NCBI GenBank assembly: GCA_038063975.1
Contig: JBBTTY010000028.1
Coordinates: 1 to 33,476 of the forward strand
Source: Patescibacteria group bacterium
GTDB taxonomy: Bacteria > Patescibacteriota > Minisyncoccia > Phycocordibacterales > UBA6065
Length of the DNA: 33,476 nt
Direction: 5' to 3'
Position 1 is the stretch's first letter. Each line of letters begins with the position of its first letter. The translations under genes were made by a program, and so were the position numbers. Below are positions 1-8,889 of the stretch, one piece after another. The notes under the pieces were generated by a model. That model had not been told where the DNA came from. It searched no databases and was given only the letters and a program-made list of their open reading frames with translations.

Positions 1-61
1 CCTTGAGAGACTCCGAAGTTGTTCCGTAAGAAAGATTTCCTACGTATAGTTTCTTAGCCAT
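1..61 (-). CDS. RRM (RNP-1) RNA-binding protein, N-terminal part, runs off window
   Basis: Reverse strand from ATG at 61 reads MAKKLYVGNLSYGTTSESLK, containing the RNP-2 motif LYVGNL. Not in the ORF track. Confidence 0.85.
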   Translation of the reverse strand, partial: MAKKLYVGNLSYGTTSESLK

Positions 62-146
62 TGTGTATTTTGATACTTATAACTATCGTCCGACCCCTCT
101 TTGGCCAAGAATTGCTCCTTTACCTCCGAGAACTAACGACTTGTCA

Positions 147-176
147 AGTGTAACATTATAGGTTGTATATAGTCAA
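147..176 (-). promoter_or_regulatory. sigma70-type promoter for the RRM gene
   Basis: TTGACT (176-171), 18 nt spacer, TGnTACACT extended -10 (152-147). Confidence 0.5.
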
Positions 177-182
177 ATATTT

Positions 183-965
183 TTACTTTATACCATATTC
201 CCCCACTCTGGTGCGTAGAATCGAAATGGTGATTGCGCCAGTTTTCAAATTTACACCTAAATCTGAAACCAATTGTCTGACATAAAAACCACTACCAGAA
301 GTGACTTTGACTTTATAAATAAGAAATTTTTCTGGTGCATTACTTTCAAAATGTCTATCCCAAAGTTTCAAAATTTCTTTTTGTCTGAAATCTCCTACAA
401 CCGCATTTATTCCTTCTTCTATGTATTTTTTAAAATCTACTGATGATATCTCTCGAGAACTCACAAATTCTATATTTTTCACTTCAACTTCATGTTCTGG
501 CATGACCACAGTATCCAACTTATCTTTACGTGCTAGATCAAATAGAGGTACACCTCCGACGACTTTCGAAGAATATGCTGGATATTTTTGCATGAATTTT
601 CCCTCGTATTTTTTGAGAGCTTTTTTTATTTCTTTTTCACCAAATATCTTTAAGCCCCCTATTTCTTTTGTCTTCGTAATTTTTCCCAAAATATCATAAG
701 TGTCTGTTTCTATTCCTAAAACAAATTCAAATTCATAATCTTTATCGAGTCTTGTGTAGGCTTCGCGTTCTTTGTTTTTCTCACCGGCAAGCACTATCAA
801 AACACCTTCGGCCATAGGATCTAATCTGCCAGCATAAGTCATTTTTACACCTTTGTATTCTGGACGTATAGCCACATAACGCTCTATGGTCTGCAGAGGT
901 GTCTCGCTCTTTTTTTTATAGAGATTGAGCACCTGATCAAATTTGCCTGCGAGTTCTCTGGCCAT
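183..965 (-). CDS. truB: tRNA pseudouridine(55) synthase TruB-like
   Basis: YAGRLDPMAEGVL catalytic Asp motif, TDTYD, GFYVRQL and RTRVG motifs. No C-terminal PUA domain. Confidence 0.85.
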   Translation of the reverse strand: MARELAGKFDQVLNLYKKKSETPLQTIERYVAIRPEYKGVKMTYAGRLDPMAEGVLIVLAGEKNKEREAYTRLDKDYEFEFVLGIETDTYDILGKITKTKEIGGLKIFGEKEIKKALKKYEGKFMQKYPAYSSKVVGGVPLFDLARKDKLDTVVMPEHEVEVKNIEFVSSREISSVDFKKYIEEGINAVVGDFRQKEILKLWDRHFESNAPEKFLIYKVKVTSGSGFYVRQLVSDLGVNLKTGAITISILRTRVGEYGIK

Positions 966-1015
966 AACTCTATGCTACAATGCTTCCATGCTTTTCGAAA
1001 GCTTTGGTAAATAAA

Positions 1016-1591
1016 ATGAAAAAAATCGTCCTCGATGTAGAGACCAGAAATATTTTTCAAGACGTGAGTTCGAATGATCCGCGAGAGCTCGATATATCAG
1101 TCGTCTGCCTATACGACTATGAAACCGATTCGTATCAGAGCTTCCTCCAAGAAGATTTCGGCAAGCTCTGGCCGATACTAGAGAGAGCAGATATACTCAT
1201 CACATACAATGGCGACCATTTTGACATACCTCTGCTCGGCAAATACTATCCTGGCGATCTGGCAAAAATAAAAAGTCTCGATCTCCTAAAAGAAGTGAAA
1301 AAAACTCTCGGCTTTCGTTTGAAACTCGATTCGATTGCTTCTGCAACTCTGGGTTATAACAAGTCAGGTCACGGATTGGAAGCTGTCACCTGGTGGAAAA
1401 ACGGTGAAATAGAAAAAATCATTAAATATTGTAAAGACGACGTCAAGGTAACAAAAGAAATTTACGATTACGCTCTGAAAAACAATCAGCTCAAATATAA
1501 AGACGGTTCGAATGTAAAAGATATAAAACTAGATACAAAAAATTGGGAAAAGAAAAATGACAGTTCTATGACTTTCAGCTTGGGGTTTTAA
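1016..1591 (+). CDS. RNase H-like/DEDD 3'-5' exonuclease domain protein (YprB-like)
   Basis: LDVET, YNGDHFD and YCKDDV Exo I/II/III motifs. Start moved to ATG 1016 (MKKIVLD). Confidence 0.8.
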   Translation: MKKIVLDVETRNIFQDVSSNDPRELDISVVCLYDYETDSYQSFLQEDFGKLWPILERADILITYNGDHFDIPLLGKYYPGDLAKIKSLDLLKEVKKTLGFRLKLDSIASATLGYNKSGHGLEAVTWWKNGEIEKIIKYCKDDVKVTKEIYDYALKNNQLKYKDGSNVKDIKLDTKNWEKKNDSSMTFSLGF

Positions 1592-1717
1592 TATAAAACG
1601 GAGGAAAATAGTATTGAGCGAGGACTTTCGGAGCACGACGGTGCGAGAATGAGATGGCCAGCCAGTAGGCTGGAACATCGTGCCGAGCGAGATGCTATTT
1701 TCCTCCGTTTTATATTA
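1589..1717 (+). repeat. Structured dispersed element, copy 1
   Basis: 26-bp inverted repeat with one T-G pair, enclosing GACTTTCGGA-GCAC(GACG)GTGC-GAGAATGA-GATG..CCAGCC(AGTA)GGCTGG..CATC-GTG. Confidence 0.85.
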
Positions 1718-2195
1718 CTAGTTTCCGCAAATCCGATATGACTTTTTCTGCGTGCCCCAGAGATTTTACGTGCGAATATATCTGCCTGACCTTGCCCTCT
1801 CTGTCAATCAAAAAAGTCGTCCGCTCTATGCCTTCTATTTTCGCACCGAACATACTTTTTTCTCGCCAGACGTCATAGAGACGAGAGACTCCACCCTGAG
1901 AATCTGAAAGCAAAGTGAAATTGAGGCTCTCGGCCTGGCAGAATTTTTTGTGGGATTTGACATCATCGGCAGAGACACCAAGCACCACTATTCCTAGGTC
2001 ATCTAGTTCATACTGATGATCGCGAAACTCTTGAGCTTCCAGAGTACATCCGGCTGTCATGTCTTTCGGATAAAAATATAGAATGACAAAACTACCTCTG
2101 TAATCCGAAAGAGACCTCATTTTTCCGTCCTCATCACGCAGAGTGAACTCCGGCGCCGGATTTCCGAGCATAGACATTTGAATAAGCGATTTCAT
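1710..2195 (-). CDS. bcp: Peroxiredoxin BCP/PrxQ
   Basis: FYPKDMTAGCTLEA peroxidatic motif, LGVSADD, ERTTFLID. Confidence 0.9.
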   Translation of the reverse strand: MKSLIQMSMLGNPAPEFTLRDEDGKMRSLSDYRGSFVILYFYPKDMTAGCTLEAQEFRDHQYELDDLGIVVLGVSADDVKSHKKFCQAESLNFTLLSDSQGGVSRLYDVWREKSMFGAKIEGIERTTFLIDREGKVRQIYSHVKSLGHAEKVISDLRKLVI

Positions 2196-2256
2196 GATAT
2201 AATTTCTTCTGTCTTAAAAAGTAGAATTACCAGATCATTATACTAGATTAATCTTT

Positions 2257-2964
2257 ATGAATGAACCCAATCAATCTTCTTTGCAGTCTATTTCCATACC
2301 GGTCGCCATCATGGTCGCCGGCGCTCTCATAGCGGGGGGTATTTATTTTAGCGGTAGAGGAAATCAGGCAGCAGTAGTAAATAATGCGAATACTGCGACC
2401 GTATTCAACGCCAATAACATAAAGCCTATAAGCACTGCTGACCACGTTTTGGGCAATCCGAAAGCCGATATCGTCATCATAGAATACTCAGACATCGAAT
2501 GTCCTTTCTGCAAGCAATTTCATGCTACTCTTCACCAACTGATGAACGAATACGGCACCCAGGGTAAATTAGCGTGGGTATATCGTCATTTTCCTGTTCA
2601 CACGAATTCAATAAAGGAAGGCGAAGCAGTAGAATGTGCGGCTGAAATCGGCGGCAATGATGCATTCTGGAAATACACTGACAAGATATTCGAAATCACC
2701 ACTTCAAATAATGGGCTGGACTTGGCAGAGCTTCCCGTCATAGCGGAAGAAATCGGACTTGATGTTGTGCGTTTCAACGCCTGCCTGTCGAGCGAGAAAT
2801 ACAAATCAAAAATCGAGAAAGACAGGGCCGATGTCACGGCAGCTGGCGCCCAAGGCACTCCTTATAGCGTCATATTCACCAAAGGCGACAGGATTCCCCT
2901 CAATCAAGGCGCCCTCCCCTACAATGATATGAAAACTATTATTGATACTATATTGAAGAATTAA
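2257..2964 (+). CDS. Membrane-anchored DsbA/thioredoxin-fold oxidoreductase
   Basis: N-terminal TM helix, EYSDIECPFC (CxxC), YRHFP, GTP cis-Pro loop. Confidence 0.88.
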   Translation: MNEPNQSSLQSISIPVAIMVAGALIAGGIYFSGRGNQAAVVNNANTATVFNANNIKPISTADHVLGNPKADIVIIEYSDIECPFCKQFHATLHQLMNEYGTQGKLAWVYRHFPVHTNSIKEGEAVECAAEIGGNDAFWKYTDKIFEITTSNNGLDLAELPVIAEEIGLDVVRFNACLSSEKYKSKIEKDRADVTAAGAQGTPYSVIFTKGDRIPLNQGALPYNDMKTIIDTILKN

Positions 2965-2996
2965 AAGAGGTGGATTTGTATTTATCTGGCATCATA

Positions 2997-4631
2997 CTAT
3001 TTGACTATATCAGAAAGATGTTTCCAAATAGCATACATTGCGTATGTATCAAGCTCGCAATATTCAAGCATTGATTGTTTTAATTCTTCCTTTTTGGCTT
3101 CTACCATATCTTCTGTAACTAATTTATTCCAGGTATTCATAGCCTCTGAGCCGTTACTAATATCAAGCTCTTTATAAGAGAGTTTTGGACATAAAACATT
3201 GAGTATTTTTTTAATTGAAGCCCTTCCGTGAAAATCTGGATGTACATGTAATTGTTTAGAAAATATTTTCATCAAATCAAAAATTCTAGAATTTACACCT
3301 TGAATAAAGTCTGCATATTCTGGTAATCGTATGGCTAGATGTTTATTGATATGCGATTCTTCAAAGGTTCTATTCCACACAATAATACTTCCGGATTTTC
3401 CTATTTTCTTTTTGAGATCAGTCACAAATAGTGGCGAAGGGTCATTCTTTTCAATATAGAAAAAAGGTTCCATATGTTCAGGTTCGGCACCTTTCTCGGC
3501 AGATTCTTTTGTCAACACATGAAGAGAGTATTGAAATGGGATATGTTGATATGGTTTATATCCGTTAAATCTTGGTATTGCCGGATTAAAAGACTCATAA
3601 TCAAGAAAATACAAAGGAAACTGTAATTTTGCAAATTCTTGACGTATTAATTTATGATTTATATCAGCTTTCTCGTCACCGGGTTTTAACCTCAATGAGC
3701 AGTTGTGCACGTCTGCCTGTTTTTGCATTTTTGGACTAAGTTCAAAGTCATCTGGAATATTCTTGATATCATATACCCCCAAATTTATCAATTCATGCAA
3801 TTTATTACTTCTAATACGAATCAGATCATGAACGCTGTATTTTAGAAGCTCATCGTCTTTTAAAATTTTTCTATTATGTTCGGCAAAGGTCGTGCAATGT
3901 TTTGACCTGCCTTCATAAATACAACGACACGGACCAGACGGCTCTTTAGGAGAACTAAGCAAATTGATCATAATTTCTATTCCCTCTTTAACATGCAACG
4001 ATATTTCTTCTACATAAATAGTTACGTCTTCAAAGACAAAAAGTTTCTGAAGATCAACTTCCCCTGCAAGAGTGTAGTTTTTGTTCAGACGAATGAGATA
4101 AGCCTTAACAACTTTATATCCGACTTTGCGGGCTAGATAAACTTGAAATGCAAGATCATAGAGATGGTGGTCTTTGAGTAATTTATTTTTATACTTTTCA
4201 AGTGCTTTTGGATCCTTGAAATCAACTATCCGATCACCATCATCCGATTCATCTTCAGTTTCTTGTTCCAGTTTAGAACTACTGGATGCTTTAACCTCAT
4301 ATAAGGATAACTCACCATTTTTACCTCGTTTTAATATGTCCACTGCCGCAAATAATATGCCATCAGAAAATGATGCCTGAAAAAGCGTCTCTGTATGATC
4401 TTTTAAAAGCTCTTTAGTTTGTTTGAGGGATTCATCACCACGACTCTCAACAAGTACACCACCAGGAAATCGCTCACGTGCTTTCTTTTCAACTGAATTT
4501 CCCGCTTCAACTAGATGTTTTTCAAAATCAGAAAGAGGTAATGCAAAGTATATCTCCGGTTTCCATTTCTTCATCCAGGCGTTATGCGGACATTCTCGCC
4601 ATAATACATAATCGGATTTTGTGATGATCAT
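2997..4631 (-). CDS. DUF2779-type protein (N-terminal PD-(D/E)xK/RecB-like nuclease plus C-terminal RNase H-like domain)
   Basis: ITKSDY..CP, VDIL..YEVKAS, DLAFQ; C-terminal PLYFLDYES, IPFQYSLH, SIKKIL, YCELDT. Confidence 0.8.
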   Translation of the reverse strand: MIITKSDYVLWRECPHNAWMKKWKPEIYFALPLSDFEKHLVEAGNSVEKKARERFPGGVLVESRGDESLKQTKELLKDHTETLFQASFSDGILFAAVDILKRGKNGELSLYEVKASSSSKLEQETEDESDDGDRIVDFKDPKALEKYKNKLLKDHHLYDLAFQVYLARKVGYKVVKAYLIRLNKNYTLAGEVDLQKLFVFEDVTIYVEEISLHVKEGIEIMINLLSSPKEPSGPCRCIYEGRSKHCTTFAEHNRKILKDDELLKYSVHDLIRIRSNKLHELINLGVYDIKNIPDDFELSPKMQKQADVHNCSLRLKPGDEKADINHKLIRQEFAKLQFPLYFLDYESFNPAIPRFNGYKPYQHIPFQYSLHVLTKESAEKGAEPEHMEPFFYIEKNDPSPLFVTDLKKKIGKSGSIIVWNRTFEESHINKHLAIRLPEYADFIQGVNSRIFDLMKIFSKQLHVHPDFHGRASIKKILNVLCPKLSYKELDISNGSEAMNTWNKLVTEDMVEAKKEELKQSMLEYCELDTYAMYAIWKHLSDIVK

Positions 4632-4636
4632 GTATT

Positions 4637-4891
4637 TTAATATAAATTGCTGTGATTATCGATATTCAAAAAACGAATTCCATTCTCTCTCACCTCATAT
4701 ATCGCTCTCAAATCTCCCGTTATATTGATACTCCTGCATCCAAAGTACTTTCCGTGAAGATTATGATTATTTAATTCCGGAGAAAATGAATCGGCTATAA
4801 ATAGCTTTAATTTCTCATTGAATTTATATTGAAGCTTGGTTGGCAATTTTTTGTACTGCTTCTTAAAGTTTTTATGCAAATCAACAAGCAT
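4637..4891 (-). CDS. Type II toxin, RelE/YafQ-family mRNA interferase
   Basis: 84 aa, HKNFKKQYKKL..LNNHNLHG..RSINITGDLRAIY..IDNHSNLY; directly downstream of the antitoxin. Confidence 0.85.
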   Translation of the reverse strand: MLVDLHKNFKKQYKKLPTKLQYKFNEKLKLFIADSFSPELNNHNLHGKYFGCRSINITGDLRAIYEVRENGIRFLNIDNHSNLY

Positions 4892-4903
4892 GATGGCTTT
4901 ATG

Positions 4904-5176
4904 TTATGATCTCAAACTCTTGATCATATCTTCCGCTGTGTAAAAAGGTCCTATAATATTCTTGTTAGCGCGAGAATCAGTCAACAGCTTATTAAGAATT
5001 TTTTGTGTTCTTTTATTGGGCATCGGATGATCAGTAAACGTTACTCTACGCTCGGAAATAAATTCCTTTATATAACTATTTACAATTGCGTTCAAAGACA
5101 CACCCAGAGTATGGGCTGTTTCCTGGGCCTTTCCTTTGAGAGATTTGTCGATTTTGATACTCAACATAGTTTGCAT
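4904..5176 (-). CDS. Type II antitoxin, RelB/DinJ-like (ribbon-helix-helix)
   Basis: 90 aa, LSIKIDKSLKGKAQETAHTLGVSLNAIVN; C-terminal GPFYTAEDMIKSL. Confidence 0.8.
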   Translation of the reverse strand: MQTMLSIKIDKSLKGKAQETAHTLGVSLNAIVNSYIKEFISERRVTFTDHPMPNKRTQKILNKLLTDSRANKNIIGPFYTAEDMIKSLRS

Positions 5177-5198
5177 GACAATGTAATAAAATAATAAT

Positions 5199-5232
5199 AT
5201 CTAAAGTATATATATTAGATTGATTTAGTCAA
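5199..5232 (-). promoter_or_regulatory. TA promoter with palindromic operator
   Basis: TTGACT..TATACT on the minus strand; inverted repeat ATCTAA-N10-TTAGAT (5199-5220) overlaps the -10. Confidence 0.5.
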
Positions 5233-5262
5233 GACTCTCGTAATTTTAACACGAATACCACA

Positions 5263-6306
5263 TCACAATGACGTAACCTCCTTGTTTTGATCATCCAGAA
5301 TTATCAGTTTGTAAATTTCGATAAGGGCGGAAAACAAGGCGATGACTAATGGTCCGAGGAAGAGTCCGATCGGTCCGAAAAATATAATGCCACCGATAAC
5401 GGAAAGCATGACAAAGAGAGGATGGACAGTAAAACCCCTGCCCACAACTATAGGCATGAGGATATTGTCGACTAGACCGACTACAATTATTCCCCAGATA
5501 CCGAGCCCTATAGCCGCTCCGAGTTTATCTATGAGGAAGAGATATAACACTGCTGGAATAATAGTCAGTCCTGCGCCAATACCAGGTAGGAGAGATACGA
5601 CCGACGTGAGCATACCCCACAAGAGAGCGTGCTCGACACCAAAAACATAGAAACCGAGAGTGGCCAAAATTCCTTTTATGAGAGATGTGAGGAGCGAGCC
5701 GCGCACGACCGAGTTGACCGCCCTCTCAATTTTATCAATTATTTGTTGATCATAAGTATCGGCTAGAGGTGAAATATCCATAATTGTTTTCTTCATACGC
5801 TTGCCATCGCGCAGTATATAAAACAAAGTGATAAGAACGATGAACAATCCCAGAGCGATTGACGCTGTACTGGAAAATATCCTGCCGAAATTATTTACGA
5901 GCGAATCCGCCGCCGATTTCACATAACCGCCGATATCGGGATTCCATGTTGGATATATACTTTGAATGGGCTTTATCACATAAGCCACGAGTAGATTAGC
6001 ATCGCCGAGTCCTCGATCACGCACCGCTGTATAAAAGTTAAAAGATTCGACGGCAATCTGTTCTATGAGAATAGAGAGCGGAACGAGAATGACAATCAGA
6101 ACAAAAAGAACCGTCAGCGTGGCCGTAAGCGTTCTTCGGCCTTTTGTTTTGGCCAGAATCCATCTATCAATCGGACGCACTACAATAGCCGTCATAAAGG
6201 CTAGAGCGACGGGAGCGATAAAAGGTTTGAACAATGCCAGAGTGATGAGAAAAACCGCAATGAGCAATGCCATGAAAAAATAAAGTTGAAGTTTTTTAGT
6301 GTCCAT
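5263..6306 (-). CDS. AI-2E family (PerM/YdiK) transporter
   Basis: 347 aa multi-TM protein, LFYILRDG, DNILMP, HPLFVMLSVIGG..FGPIGLFLGP. Confidence 0.9.
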   Translation of the reverse strand: MDTKKLQLYFFMALLIAVFLITLALFKPFIAPVALAFMTAIVVRPIDRWILAKTKGRRTLTATLTVLFVLIVILVPLSILIEQIAVESFNFYTAVRDRGLGDANLLVAYVIKPIQSIYPTWNPDIGGYVKSAADSLVNNFGRIFSSTASIALGLFIVLITLFYILRDGKRMKKTIMDISPLADTYDQQIIDKIERAVNSVVRGSLLTSLIKGILATLGFYVFGVEHALLWGMLTSVVSLLPGIGAGLTIIPAVLYLFLIDKLGAAIGLGIWGIIVVGLVDNILMPIVVGRGFTVHPLFVMLSVIGGIIFFGPIGLFLGPLVIALFSALIEIYKLIILDDQNKEVTSL

Positions 6307-6331
6307 AGATTTAAGTATACTCTTATTTTAT

Positions 6332-6754
6332 TTATCCAAATATACCTATAATAATTGACATTGCAGCCAAAACAGCCAATTCATGCCCGACTGAAATCAG
6401 AAAAAGGATGAAACTATCGTCGCCGAAACAGTAGTCACCCAATTTCATTGGCACAGCAAAACCAATCCAGAGGAGAAATGCGGAGAGTATGATGCTCCAG
6501 AAACTGACAATGACGAGGGAGTTGAAGAGAACAGCCAAAATAAAAGCAGTGACCAGAGTAGAGATTGTCATACCGATCCAGACTGACGCTTTGGGTTTGT
6601 CTTGTTTTTTATCGTGCGAGTTTTCTTCCGTCTTACTCTTTAACCTCAGCCAAAGTTTGCCAAAGGCCCATGGCGCATACCATACAAAACCGACGATCAT
6701 CCCAGCTATGGTAGCGACAATAATGACCCAATAATTTATATTTTGAAAAAACAT
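6332..6754 (-). CDS. DUF1761-like membrane protein
   Basis: INYWVIIVA..GFVWYAPWAFGKLW signature; four TM helices. Confidence 0.75.
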   Translation of the reverse strand: MFFQNINYWVIIVATIAGMIVGFVWYAPWAFGKLWLRLKSKTEENSHDKKQDKPKASVWIGMTISTLVTAFILAVLFNSLVIVSFWSIILSAFLLWIGFAVPMKLGDYCFGDDSFILFLISVGHELAVLAAMSIIIGIFG

Positions 6755-6948
6755 AATCTATGTGTTATTTAATAAGTGTTTATTTTTAGTACTTTTAATA
6801 CTACTGTATTATACGCTAGACCAACTTTTCATAAAAGGGCTAAAAATATAGGCGAATTTTGAGAGATAAAGAAAAGATAAAGTTTAAAATGAGTAATTCT
6901 TGCAAATTTTGACACGGTGTGGGAGGGTGGGGACATTAAAAAACCCAT

Positions 6949-7632
6949 ATGCGTATTCTCGTTGTAGATGATGACAAAGACATACGCGGTTATTTAAAGG
7001 CCAATCTAGAAGCCGAATGTTTTGCGGTCGATACAGCCGGGGACGGCGAAGAGGGTTCATACCTCGGAAAAAACAAAAGTTACGACGCTATAGTTCTCGA
7101 TAACAATATGCCGCGAAAGAGCGGCATTCGTGTTTGTGCCGATTTGCGAAGCGCCGGAAACACAACGCCTATCATCATGCTCTCTGTAGATTCTGACAGT
7201 GAGCATAAAGCCGAATTGCTCGATACTGGCGCAGATGATTATTTGACCAAACCTTTCTTATACAAAGAACTGCGTTCGAGAATTCGTGCCCTCCTGCGCA
7301 GGCCACGTAAAACAGTACCGTCTATACTACAAGTAGACGATCTCGTCTTAGACAGTTCGCGGCAATTCGTCAAACGTGGCAAAAAGAAAATATATCTCAC
7401 CCGCAAAGAATTTTCCCTACTCGAACATCTCATGAGAAATGAAGGAATGATCGTTTCTCGCGCCAGTATCCTAGAGCACGTCTGGGATGCTGAGATCAGT
7501 GTTTTTTCAAATACAATCGAGGCTCATATATTAAATATCCGAAAAAAGGTAGATGAACGGCCAAAGAAAAAGCTCATATACACCATGCCGGGCCGAGGAT
7601 ATCAGATCAATTGCCGTAACCCCAATTATTAA
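6949..7632 (+). CDS. OmpR/PhoB-family response regulator
   Basis: ILVVDDD, phosphoacceptor LDNNMP, GADDYLTKPF, winged-helix LTRKEF..GRGY. Confidence 0.93.
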   Translation: MRILVVDDDKDIRGYLKANLEAECFAVDTAGDGEEGSYLGKNKSYDAIVLDNNMPRKSGIRVCADLRSAGNTTPIIMLSVDSDSEHKAELLDTGADDYLTKPFLYKELRSRIRALLRRPRKTVPSILQVDDLVLDSSRQFVKRGKKKIYLTRKEFSLLEHLMRNEGMIVSRASILEHVWDAEISVFSNTIEAHILNIRKKVDERPKKKLIYTMPGRGYQINCRNPNY

Positions 7633-7640
7633 CTTACAAT

Positions 7641-8414
7641 ATGATCTATTTAGAAAAATTAGGACGGCGCACTCGAGAATTCAGGTCGTCGCTTCGTCGC
7701 CTTTTTGGCGTAAAAGATACTCCGCCCTACATTTCACGCTTTGCAGAATTTGGCAGAGGAGCGAGTGGTGTTATCCATGATCTCTCAAATCCACTCACTG
7801 TCATAAGTCTATCGATGGAACAGCTCAAAAACGACGTCCGCATCCGAGGGAGAGATGCTCAAAAACATATAGAAACTGCTCTACGGGCAAGCAGAAAAAT
7901 GAAATTGTTTTTGTCGACGGCAAAACAGCAATTAGCAGAAAAAGAAATACGAACACGATTTGATGTCATAGAGGAAATTCAGAGCGTCATAAAGCTCCTA
8001 CGTCCGATATCAAAAAAATCAGATATAAAAATTAAATACCGCTCCCACAAAGCGGTATTTATTTTCGGCGATGAAATCAAATTCTTTAGAATCGTTTCAA
8101 ATATTGTTTCAAACGCCATAGATTCATACGTTTTATTTCCCGGTCAGCAAAACAAATTAATAATTATACGAGTGAAAAATGACAAAAAAAATCTCATCAT
8201 ATCCATACGCGATTTCGGTTGTGGTATTCCAAAACACCTCCATAAAGCAATATTTGAGCCTTTTTATACAACCAAACAGAAACACGAAGGGACGGCGGGA
8301 CTCGGACTTTCAATAGTAAAAAACATCGTAGAAAACGATTTTAAATGCAAAATAAAAATAGACAGTACGACAGGCAGGGGTTCGACGTTTAAAATTATTA
8401 TGCTTCTACTTTGA
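7641..8414 (+). CDS. Histidine kinase without sensor domain (HisKA + HATPase_c)
   Basis: H-box HDLSNPL, N-box NIVSNAID, DFGCGI, FEPFYTTK, GLGL. No TM segment. Confidence 0.88.
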   Translation: MIYLEKLGRRTREFRSSLRRLFGVKDTPPYISRFAEFGRGASGVIHDLSNPLTVISLSMEQLKNDVRIRGRDAQKHIETALRASRKMKLFLSTAKQQLAEKEIRTRFDVIEEIQSVIKLLRPISKKSDIKIKYRSHKAVFIFGDEIKFFRIVSNIVSNAIDSYVLFPGQQNKLIIIRVKNDKKNLIISIRDFGCGIPKHLHKAIFEPFYTTKQKHEGTAGLGLSIVKNIVENDFKCKIKIDSTTGRGSTFKIIMLLL

Positions 8415-8669
8415 TTTATATACGAAATTCCAGATGGTTCCGACTATATTGCCTACGATATAGCCCACAAAAGACGTAATCACTATGAGAACAATCGCTT
8501 TACCAAAACTGAAATCCGTTATAACAAAAGAAAAATCAATAAAATGGATCCGATATATAAAGGAAAGAATCGAACCAGCCCAGCCGACACCGACAAAAAA
8601 CACCCAAATGACATGCATGAAACCAGCAAATCCACCCAAAACCAAACCGAGTTTATGTCTGTTGACCAT
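8406..8669 (-). CDS. Small hypothetical membrane protein
   Basis: 87 aa, two to three hydrophobic helices. Confidence 0.7.
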   Translation of the reverse strand: MVNRHKLGLVLGGFAGFMHVIWVFFVGVGWAGSILSFIYRIHFIDFSFVITDFSFGKAIVLIVITSFVGYIVGNIVGTIWNFVYKSK

Positions 8670-8730
8670 ATAAATAATAAAACTAATTTATAATCTTATC
8701 CCATTATTATATCACTATCATCTATTTTTG

Positions 8731-8801
8731 TTGCCGGACTTGGAATCGAACCAAAATTTAGAGCTTCAAAGGCTCCCGTCCTACCATTAGACGATCCGGC
8801 A
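8731..8801 (-). tRNA. tRNA-Gln(TTG)
   Basis: Cloverleaf TGCCGGA/TCCGGCA, anticodon loop CT-TTG-AA, TTCGATT T-loop. CCA not encoded. Confidence 0.93.
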
Positions 8802-8889
8802 ATATATAACCGTATATAACTGACTGTATGCTCATATGACTTGCAAGCATAACTTACAACAAAATCGGACCTTGGACAAATCAAGTAAA

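Noticed and set aside
988-1014. 8-codon uORF MLFESFGK before the exonuclease
   Set aside because: Too short to distinguish from chance without conservation data.
1620-1690. Repeat core as a hammerhead ribozyme (GAATGAG on one strand, CGAAA on the other)
   Set aside because: CUGANGA and GAAA do not occur on the same strand in the required order.
1589-1717. Repeats as CRISPR repeats or plain terminators
   Set aside because: They are dispersed, have no spacers or cas operon, and have a conserved branched core without consistent U-tracts.
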